From assembly GCF_000012925.1 (NCBI RefSeq), contig NC_007517.1:240001-272000 (forward strand): 32,000 nucleotides of DNA, given 5' to 3'. The translations under genes were made by a program, and so were the position numbers. Shown in pieces: positions 9,509-16,447 of the stretch (within the stretch, counting starts at the first letter, position 1; each line of letters begins with the position of its first letter). The notes beneath the pieces were generated by a model. That model ran no database searches. It saw nothing but the letters and a program-made list of their open reading frames with translations, and was not told the origin of the DNA. The stretch comes from Geobacter metallireducens GS-15. GTDB lineage: Bacteria; Desulfobacterota; Desulfuromonadia; Geobacterales; Geobacteraceae.

Positions 9509-9716
9509 GCCCCAAGCGGCTCGGGAGGTCCGGGTTGGGTGATTGAGGGAGTGCCCGAACCCTTCAGTCTTGAGGTGACCGGTGCCAGCGAGATAGCCCG
9601 GAGTGAGGAGGCCAATCAATCTGGGACGAGGTTGTGTTTGGCAGAGTGCGAGAGGGCGGGGATGAGATGTAACTTGGCATCTTGGAAGCCTGACCCCGGA
9701 CCCTGACCGGAGGGAA

Positions 9717-9740
9717 ATAAGTAAGGTGTCCCCGGAATCC
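9717..9740 (+). repeat. island repeat copy 3 (ATAAGTAAGGTGTCCCCGGAATCC)
   Basis: Shares TGTCCCCGGAAT with copies 1 and 2. Bases 9718-9733 are a perfect 16-nt inverted repeat of 10851-10866. Confidence 0.7.
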
Positions 9741-9806
9741 CCCCGGAATCCCCGTGCCGGAATCCCCGCCCCCGAATCCCCGGAATCCGGGATGTCCCCG
9801 GAATCA
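9732..9806 (+). repeat. irregular tandem array of six CCGGAATC(C) units
   Basis: Units start at 9732, 9743, 9757, 9771 (variant CCCGAATCC), 9780 and 9798. The spacings are 11, 14, 14, 9 and 18 nt. Confidence 0.75.
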
Positions 9807-9872
9807 TCGGGATCATGGGCAAGGAGGAAATTTGTGCTTCTATCAAGAAGCATCAGGGGAGGGTCGATTGAA

Positions 9873-10811
9873 ATGGTATGGATGCGCTTTAGATTTCGTT
9901 TTGCCATTCTTTTTCTTTCCATGTCGTTTTTATTGTCCCGAACAGTCCATGGGGCCGGTGGGCCCAGTGGTGGAGCGGCCCAGAATATGGAACCGCGCCT
10001 TGCCGTCACCCCGGCGGTCATGGATTATGCCGTCAATACGGTAAAGCCGGTCCTTGACGCCAGTCCGGACAAAGACCGTCTGTCGCAACTGCTGAAAGTG
10101 GTGGATGTGCTCAAGGACCCGAAAATGGGCGTGGACGTCAACCGGATAGCACCCGATGCCTACTTCATCTACAACCTTCTCGACAAGGTCAAGCTGGGAT
10201 TTCTCTACACCTGGAAGTTTTCTCCGGAGCAAAAAGAGATGCTGCAGCGCTGGCATGGAAAGTACATGAACGAACATCCTGCCGACGTCTTTTTTGCCCC
10301 CACGGCCGATGAAATTATCAAAACCAGGGCCGGTTTCGGCTGTACACACTATGCCCGGGCATTCATCGCCGTCGTCAAGGCCCTCGGGCTGGTGGAAAAG
10401 CCGGAAGACCTGCGCTATGTGGTGTCCAGCAAAGCCGATGACTATAATCGTGCCCTGGAAAAGCAGGACATGGAGAAGACCATAAACGGTCATCAATTCG
10501 TGCTGGTGAAGATCGACTCAAGATGGATCGCCATCAATACGTCCCAGAGGGAAGAAGCGGTGAACATGCCCGAGGGATTTTCGCCGGAATCCTGCAGCCC
10601 GCCCCAAAACATTCCCGTCAGGTTCGAGTCCTATCCTGCGGGGATCATTTTTCTGCTCAGGAAAATCGGCAAGGACTTCAACGATGATTGCGGCGACATT
10701 TCCCTGGCAAATCTCATGAACATCTCGCGGTCGGGCAATACGGAAAACGGAATGTTTTTGTGGGAGCCATATGGAACAGTGAATCAGTCGTTTCCGGGCC
10801 GTCGGACTTGA
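9873..10811 (+). CDS. secreted transglutaminase-like / papain-fold protein (hypothetical)
   Basis: The ATG at 9873 follows GGGGAGGG and gives a signal peptide MVWMRFRFRFAILFLSMSFLLSRTVHG. Candidate Cys and His blocks are GFGCTHYARAFIAVVKALGL and NGHQFVLVKIDSRWIAINTS. The track's upstream extension merely translates the repeats. Confidence 0.5.
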   Translation: MVWMRFRFRFAILFLSMSFLLSRTVHGAGGPSGGAAQNMEPRLAVTPAVMDYAVNTVKPVLDASPDKDRLSQLLKVVDVLKDPKMGVDVNRIAPDAYFIYNLLDKVKLGFLYTWKFSPEQKEMLQRWHGKYMNEHPADVFFAPTADEIIKTRAGFGCTHYARAFIAVVKALGLVEKPEDLRYVVSSKADDYNRALEKQDMEKTINGHQFVLVKIDSRWIAINTSQREEAVNMPEGFSPESCSPPQNIPVRFESYPAGIIFLLRKIGKDFNDDCGDISLANLMNISRSGNTENGMFLWEPYGTVNQSFPGRRT

Positions 10812-10842
10812 TGACCTAGTTCGAGCGCCGTGCTCCCGCACT

Positions 10843-10869
10843 CGAATTCGGGGGACACCTTACTTAATT
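10843..10869 (-). repeat. island repeat copy 4, inverted (minus strand reads AATTAAGTAAGGTGTCCCCCGAATTCG)
   Basis: Reverse complement read directly from the sequence. It is the inverted partner of copy 3. Confidence 0.7.
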
Positions 10870-10874
10870 GGCAG

Positions 10875-10901
10875 GGAATTCCGAGGACATTATGCATAAT
10901 T
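10875..10901 (-). repeat. island repeat copy 5, inverted (minus strand reads AATTATGCATAATGTCCTCGGAATTCC)
   Basis: Direct neighbour of copy 4 on the minus strand. Shares TGTCC.CGGAATTCC with the other copies. Confidence 0.6.
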
Positions 10902-10903
10902 CG

Positions 10904-10928
10904 AAAGGCGGCCAAATGGCCGCCTTTT
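10904..10928. terminator. bidirectional terminator between the island and the decarboxylase gene
   Basis: AAAGGCGGCC-AAAT-GGCCGCCTTT plus T, placed between two convergent genes. Confidence 0.7.
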
Positions 10929-10956
10929 CTGTTTCCTGAGCATATGTGACAATGAA

Positions 10957-12276
10957 TTACAGCGTCACGTCCAGTTCGTTCTGGGTCAGTTGCTCCCGTA
11001 CCTGCTTCTTCCGGATGAGCACCAGTTCGCCGGTTTTGGTCCTCATGACGGCTCCCGGCTTGCGGTGGGAGTTGTAGTTCTCCGGCGACATGCTCTCGGA
11101 GTAGGCGCCGGTGCCGCCGATGACGACGTAGTCGCCGATCTCCGGCTCAACGATCATGACCGGCACGATGTTCCCCTCCTTGTCCAGGCGGACCGAGTCG
11201 CCGCTTTCGCAGCAGCGGCCGACGATGCCGAAGGGCTTCAGCCCCGCCGTGGGGGTCTGGTCGTACTCGCTGGAGAGGAGCGTCCCGTCCTGGCGGACGA
11301 TGGCGATGGGATGCTCGGAGCCGTAGAGGAGCGGCCGGGTCAGTAGCTCCATGCCGCCGTCGACGATGAGGAAGTTCATCTCGTTGGTGAACTTCTTGTC
11401 GATGATGCGAGTGACGATGTGCCCCGAGTTGGCCACCACAAAGGTCCCCGGCTCGATCTCCATCATCAGTTCGCGGCCGGTGGCGGCCTTGAACTCTTCG
11501 ATCCGCTGCTTTGCATAGGCTCCCAGGGTGGCGATGTCGGCCTGCTTCTCGCCCGGCATGCGGGCCACCTTGAGGCCGCCGCCGAAGCTGACGGTGACTG
11601 CATCCGGGAAGTAGGTTTTGATGAAGCCGAGCTCCCGGTCGATGTTCTCTTGCCACTTCTCCGGGGCGCCGCCGGAGCCGATATGGACGTGGACCTGGGT
11701 GAAGCGGAGCCCTTTCTCGTCGGCCAGGGCCTTCACGGTCGGGACGTCGCGCAGGTGGACGCCGAAGCAGGAGTACTCGCTGCCGGTGTCGCGGGTGGCG
11801 CTCTCGCCGCCGCCGGCGGCGCCCGGATGGACCCTCATGGAAAGGTCGATCTTGTTCTGGGCGGCAAAGTCGGCGATGAGCTGGTACTGCAGCGTGGAGC
11901 AGACATTGTACTTGAGGCCGACCTTGATCATGGCTTCCAGTTCGGTCCGCTCCTCGCCGGTGGGGACCTCCTGGGTGGTGAGCATCATGCGGCTGTAGGG
12001 GATGCCGGCGGCATGGGCCCGGGCGGCCTCGTCCAGGGATGAGCAGTCCAGGTCCAGCCCCTTGCCGGTGACAATGCGCAGGACGGTGCGGTCAGAGTTG
12101 GCCTTGATGGCGTAGCGGACGTGCAGGCCGTAGGCATTGGGCATGGCAAGCAGCTGGTCGCAGCTGTTCTCGATGTACTGCTGATCGTGGAGGTAAATAG
12201 GGGTTCCCCATTCCCCGGCGATCTTCGGGATAAGCGTTGCGTCGAGTCCGGTCGGACCAAAAGAAGTCATTGTCAT
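10957..12276 (-). CDS. lysA: group IV PLP-dependent decarboxylase, diaminopimelate decarboxylase-like
   Basis: 439 aa with YAIKAN (PLP Lys), HVHIGSGG, FGGGL, EPGTFVV, GRCCESGD and GAYSESMSPENYNSHRKP, in LysA order. GAGG lies 8 nt upstream of the ATG. It lies 3 kb downstream of the dapA-dapB-dapL cluster, separated from it by the island. Confidence 0.65.
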   Translation of the reverse strand: MTMTSFGPTGLDATLIPKIAGEWGTPIYLHDQQYIENSCDQLLAMPNAYGLHVRYAIKANSDRTVLRIVTGKGLDLDCSSLDEAARAHAAGIPYSRMMLTTQEVPTGEERTELEAMIKVGLKYNVCSTLQYQLIADFAAQNKIDLSMRVHPGAAGGGESATRDTGSEYSCFGVHLRDVPTVKALADEKGLRFTQVHVHIGSGGAPEKWQENIDRELGFIKTYFPDAVTVSFGGGLKVARMPGEKQADIATLGAYAKQRIEEFKAATGRELMMEIEPGTFVVANSGHIVTRIIDKKFTNEMNFLIVDGGMELLTRPLLYGSEHPIAIVRQDGTLLSSEYDQTPTAGLKPFGIVGRCCESGDSVRLDKEGNIVPVMIVEPEIGDYVVIGGTGAYSESMSPENYNSHRKPGAVMRTKTGELVLIRKKQVREQLTQNELDVTL

Positions 12277-12557
12277 TCGATCAACCTCATGGATGTGATG
12301 GTGATGTTTGGTTCCAAGATGCCGTCACGGCGGCATGTAAATGTTAATTTACTTTTCTAGCATTTTCCATGGTTGCGGCGCAACAGCTCTTTCACAGGCG
12401 TTCAGAAAACGCCATGGGGCACGCGAGGATTACGGGCAGAACAAGTTCAAAAGGCGGCCAAACGGTGTCTTTGACGAATCTGGAGAAACTTCTTGCTGCC
12501 TGTTACAGGCTGTGGCACACTGTAAGTACTCAATAAGGTGCCGAAAGGAGTGCCAAT

Positions 12558-12827
12558 ATGAATACAATTCCCGCCCAAGAGCTGAAGCGCCGCGGCATTG
12601 CGGCGGTTGACGGCTTGATCGAATCGGGTGACGTCCACGTGATTCGCAACAACCGGCCCGAGTATGTAATTCTCTCCGAGGAGCGCTACCGTGAGCTGGT
12701 GGCCGAGGCCGAAGAGGCGTATCTGGCCAGGGTGAGGGCATCGCTTGAGGATGTGAAGGCGGGACGGGTGCGGCGGTTTGCCTCGGCCGACGAGCTGTTG
12801 CAGGCGCTCGACGCTGAGGGGGAGTAA
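12558..12827 (+). CDS. Phd/YefM-family antitoxin
   Basis: 89 aa with GGAG upstream. N-terminal block ELKRRGIAAVDGLIESGDVHVIRNNRPEYVILSEERY is typical of prevent-host-death antitoxins. The toxin gene starts 2 nt after its stop. Confidence 0.7.
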   Translation: MNTIPAQELKRRGIAAVDGLIESGDVHVIRNNRPEYVILSEERYRELVAEAEEAYLARVRASLEDVKAGRVRRFASADELLQALDAEGE

Positions 12828-12829
12828 CC

Positions 12830-13105
12830 GTGTACAGCGTCACCACATCGGAACAGTTCCTCCGTCAAGCGCGAAAATTCTTCAATAAACACCCCGACTT
12901 GAGACCCCGCTTCGCTGCCATCTTCGAGGCGCTCAAGCTGGATCCATTTCAGCCAGGCCTCGGGCTGCACCAGCTTTCCGGCAAGCTTGCCGGCTGTCAT
13001 GCCGTCAGGCTGACCTATTCCTACCGAATCACCCTGACCCTGCTGATCGCCGAAAAAGAAATCATTCTTCTCGACATTGGCAGCCATGACGAGGTGTACC
13101 GGTAG
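12830..13105 (+). CDS. RelE/ParE-superfamily toxin
   Basis: 91 aa with a GTG start. The pattern ...HQLSGKLAGCHAVRLTYSYRITLTLL...ILLDIGSHDEVYR matches the RelE/StbE C-terminal pattern. Confidence 0.7.
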   Translation: MYSVTTSEQFLRQARKFFNKHPDLRPRFAAIFEALKLDPFQPGLGLHQLSGKLAGCHAVRLTYSYRITLTLLIAEKEIILLDIGSHDEVYR

Positions 13106-13137
13106 TCAGTCCGTAATGACGTAATCGTACCTGCTCC

Positions 13138-14184
13138 CTACTCCCGTACCCAGTGGCAGGTATACCCTCCCGGGTTCTTCACCAGGTAATCCTGATGATA
13201 CTCCTCGGCCCGCCACCAGGGGCCGGCCGGGACGATCTCGGTGACGACAGGCCGCTTCCACTTGCCGCTGGCGTCCACCTCGGCCTTGACCTTTTCCGCG
13301 ATCCGCTTCTGCTCGGCGTCATGGTAGAAGATGGCGCTCCGGTAGCTGCTGCCGATGTCGTTCCCCTGGCGGTTCAAGGTGGTCGGGTCGTGCATCCGGA
13401 AGAAGAACCGCAACAGGGCCTCGTAGCTGGTCTTCGTCGGGTCGAATTCGATCCGCACCGCTTCGGCGTGCCCCTCGTGGTTTTCGTAGGTGGCGTTGGG
13501 CACGCTGCCGCCGGTGTAGCCCACCTCCGTGGCGATCACCCCCGGCTGCTTGCGCAGCAGGTCCTGCATTCCCCAGAAACAGCCTCCGGCCAGGGTCGCC
13601 ACCTGCTTTACTGCCGCTGCCGGCGCCTTCCGGCCGAAGAGGGGGAGATACGAGCCATACCCTTCCTTCTCCAGGTCGTCCACCGGGATGAAGCGGAGCG
13701 CCGCGGAGTTGACGCAGTAACGCAGCCCCCCCTTGTCCCGCGGCCCGTCGGTGAAGAGATGCCCCAGGTGGGAGTCGGCTTCTTTGGAGCGGACCTCGGT
13801 CCGGACCGTGCCGAAGCCGATGTCGGTCTCCTCCTTCACGCTGTTCGGGGCGACCGGCCGGGTGAAGCTGGGCCAGCCGGTGCCGGAATCGAACTTGTCC
13901 CTGGATGAGAAGAGCGGCTCACCGCTGACGATGTCCACATAGAGCCCTTCGCGGTGCTCGTTCCAGTAGGTATTGTCGAAGGGGGGCTCGGTCCCCGATT
14001 TCCTCGTCACGCGGTACTGCAGCGGAGTGAGGCGCTGCTTCAGCTCTTCGTCAGAGTATTTCCTCGCTGTCATCGTCGTCTCCTTTTCTGCTGTTCGGCC
14101 GCCGAAGCGGGGGGGCCTGGCAACAACTGCCAGTATCAGGCAGGCAACAACAAATACCAGAATCGTCAATGCTCGTGTTTTCAT
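13138..14184 (-). CDS. msrAB: bifunctional methionine sulfoxide reductase MsrB-MsrA with N-terminal signal/anchor
   Basis: MsrB blocks ([20 protein letters not shown]) are followed by the MsrA block [10 protein letters not shown]. Hydrophobic N-terminus [21 protein letters not shown]. Confidence 0.9.
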   Translation of the reverse strand: MKTRALTILVFVVACLILAVVARPPRFGGRTAEKETTMTARKYSDEELKQRLTPLQYRVTRKSGTEPPFDNTYWNEHREGLYVDIVSGEPLFSSRDKFDSGTGWPSFTRPVAPNSVKEETDIGFGTVRTEVRSKEADSHLGHLFTDGPRDKGGLRYCVNSAALRFIPVDDLEKEGYGSYLPLFGRKAPAAAVKQVATLAGGCFWGMQDLLRKQPGVIATEVGYTGGSVPNATYENHEGHAEAVRIEFDPTKTSYEALLRFFFRMHDPTTLNRQGNDIGSSYRSAIFYHDAEQKRIAEKVKAEVDASGKWKRPVVTEIVPAGPWWRAEEYHQDYLVKNPGGYTCHWVRE

Positions 14185-14395
14185 CTTTTTCCCCCGATGT
14201 TAAGATTATAGACAATTATCGAGGCATATCCCAGCTCCGTAGCGCCACTCTTTCCGGGATGGGCTTTGGAGACGTTGTCAATTTGATTGTCTACAGCAAG
14301 ACGGCAGCCTATCGGTGGGCAGCCTCCTGCATCGCATGATTCGCGGCCAGCGACCGAGCTGATGGAGAAATTCGAGAAATCCTGCCGTCTGAAAC

Positions 14396-15675
14396 CTACG
14401 CAACGGGTTTTCCTCTGCGCGACCTTGTCAGAAACGACAAGGCGAACCCGACCAGGAGAAACCCGCATCCCATGGCGAAGCTGTAGACGGATGCCCGGCC
14501 CGGATAGAGCTCCGCCGGGTACCGGTCCTTGATCAGGGCCACCAGTTGGGGGCCCGCGATGCCGGCGGCGGACCAGGCGGTGAGGATCGCGCCGTAGACG
14601 GCAGGCATGACCCGAGCGCCGAACATGTCGAGCACGAACGCGGGCATGGTTCCGAAACCGCCGCCGTCGCAGAGGAGCACGTAGCAGACCAGCAGGGCGA
14701 AGTGCCAGGGAGAGTCGGTGCGCATCAGAAGCACGAACGCCAGGAACTGCGAGCCGAGGATCAGCCTGAAGGTCTCGGGCCGGCCGATCCGGTCCGAGAG
14801 TCCCCCCCAGAAAAACCTGCCGACCCCGTTGAACAGTGAACTGGTCGCAATCAGGGTGGCGCCGTACCGCGCCAGGGCCTCTTTTCCCAGCCCCGGACTG
14901 GCCTCGCCGCAGATTTCCTGAAAGAGCGGCGACTGGAAGCCGATGAGAGCGAGCCCGCGGTGATGTTGCAGAAAAAGATCCCCCAGAGAAGCGCAAATTC
15001 CCCGGAGAGAATGCAGGCGCGGGCTCCCCTCCCACCGTCGTCCGGGCCGCTTCCGGCCTGATCCCGCGGCAGGGCATATTCCGGCGGCACCCACCCCGTT
15101 GGAGGGTACCTGACAAAGGTCGCGGCAGGAACGGTCACCAGCAGGAACAGCACCCCCATGACGGCAAACACCGTCACCATGTCCCCGCCCATTTGCGCCA
15201 GGAGCAGAGGTGCGATGACCTTGGACATCAGCAGGGCGCCAAACCCGAACCCCATGACCACCATGCCGGTGGCAAACCCCTTGCGGTCAGGAAACCATCG
15301 GGCCACCGTGGCGACAGGGGTGACGTAGCCGAGCCCGAGTCCGGTCCCTCCGACCACCCCGTAGCCGATATACAGCAGCGGAAGGGAATGCATGCCGAGC
15401 GCCAGGGCCGCCAGGAGATAGCCGGCCCCGAACAGCGCCCCGCCCGCCAGGGCGAGCTTCGTTGGTCCAATCCTCGGCAGCATCATCCCCCCGGCTGCGG
15501 CGGCAAGGCCCAGGAAGCAGATGGCGAGGCTGAAGACCCATGCCACCTGGCTGTTGGTCCAGTGGGTGTCGCAGAACGGCTTCTGGAAGAAGCTCCAGGC
15601 GTACACGGTCCCGAGGCAGACCATGAGCAGCGTGCAGATGATTGCGATCCCCCAGCGGTTGGGCGTCTTTTCCAC
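14396..15675 (-). pseudogene. oxalate/formate antiporter-type MFS transporter interrupted by a -1 frameshift
   Basis: Two overlapping minus-strand ORFs, 14851..15675 and 14396..15094, each carry half of an MFS protein. The sensible sequence switches frame at ...FFCNITAG / LALIGFQSPLFQE, at the run GCGGG-CTC (plus-strand CCC at 14954-14956). Confidence 0.7.
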
Positions 15676-15854
15676 CAGTCATCTGCTTGAGGGCTGCCCC
15701 ACGGAGTCAGGAGAGGTATGGGGCGTATATAGGGGGAGGATAGTTTGTCGAGTCATATTGACGCCCGGAGACTCGCTAGCGTATTTTTGTGCATGGGATT
15801 CTTTACTGATAAACGAAGTCGTCGAGAAGCTCGAGGGAGGATAGTGGTAGGGAA

Positions 15855-16379
15855 ATGAAAATACAGAGATTGACGACCGAAAATCGCCCAAAGGTCTACG
15901 CGCTCCTGCGCGGCGCCTTTCCCAGCAGTGACTATGAAGCCGCACTGGTGCAGAAACTCCATGATAACGGCAGAGTTATCCATGAATGGGTGTGCATCCA
16001 TACCGGGAAGGCCATCGCCTACATCGCCTTTACCAACGCCTACCATGGCCGCGACATCTGCGGGCTGCACCTGGCCCCCATGGCCGTGGCCCCGGAATTC
16101 CAAGGGCGGGGGGTGGGGTCGGAGCTGCTCAGGTTCGCTCTGCGACAGGAGGCGATCAGCAGCCAGCCCCTCTTCGTTCTGGGTGAGCCAGGCTATTACA
16201 GCCGGTTCGGCTTTGAGCCGTGCCGTGTGCCCATCTGCCCCTTCGACAAGAACAACGCGCATTTCCTGAGCATGCGCAACGCCACCGCCACCAGTTTCGT
16301 GGTGGGCTATGAGCCCGAGTTCACAACCGCTGCCGCACCGACTGGAACTACCCGGAGCAGGAAGCGTGGGAGACGGTGA
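15855..16379 (+). CDS. GNAT-family N-acetyltransferase (YhbS-like)
   Basis: 174 aa. Acetyl-CoA binding block VAPEFQGRGVGSELL. Confidence 0.8.
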   Translation: MKIQRLTTENRPKVYALLRGAFPSSDYEAALVQKLHDNGRVIHEWVCIHTGKAIAYIAFTNAYHGRDICGLHLAPMAVAPEFQGRGVGSELLRFALRQEAISSQPLFVLGEPGYYSRFGFEPCRVPICPFDKNNAHFLSMRNATATSFVVGYEPEFTTAAAPTGTTRSRKRGRR

Positions 16380-16423
16380 TCGTCGGGAAGGTCCGGATTC
16401 CGGGGACCGTCACGCATTAATTA

Positions 16424-16447
16424 AAAGGCGGCCAGTTTGCCGCCTTT
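16424..16447. terminator. bidirectional terminator between the GNAT gene and the MFS gene
   Basis: AAAGGCGGC-CAGTTT-GCCGCCTTT. It overlaps the stop codon of the minus-strand MFS gene. Confidence 0.6.

Noticed and set aside
9539-9706. 55-codon GTG ORF in the non-coding module of the island.
   Set aside because: The RBS spacing is weak (10 nt). The frame is rich in codons that are rare in neighbouring genes. I recognise no motif. It is more likely non-coding, but unverified.
9732-9806. CCGGAATCC iterations as a CRISPR array.
   Set aside because: The units are only 8-9 nt with 0-9 nt between them, far below CRISPR repeat and spacer sizes. No cas genes are present.
9726-9872. N-terminal 49-aa extension of the transglutaminase-like ORF (MSPESPRNPRAGIPAPESPES...).
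   Set aside because: It is simply the translation of the tandem repeats. The ATG at 9873 has an RBS-like GGGGAGGG and produces a canonical signal peptide.
12277-12330. His-codon run (CAT CAC CAT CAC ATC CAT) in frame just upstream of the decarboxylase start, considered as a possible leader peptide or N-terminal extension.
   Set aside because: An in-frame TGA lies 16 codons upstream of the ATG, and there is no start codon in between. The run therefore sits in the untranslated leader, and GAGG for the real start lies within it.
14207-14296. TAGACAAT ... ATTGTCTA inverted 8-mers in the msrB-msrA upstream region, considered as an operator pair.
   Set aside because: The match is only 8 bp, with about 70 bp separation and no supporting promoter geometry. 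It could easily be chance.
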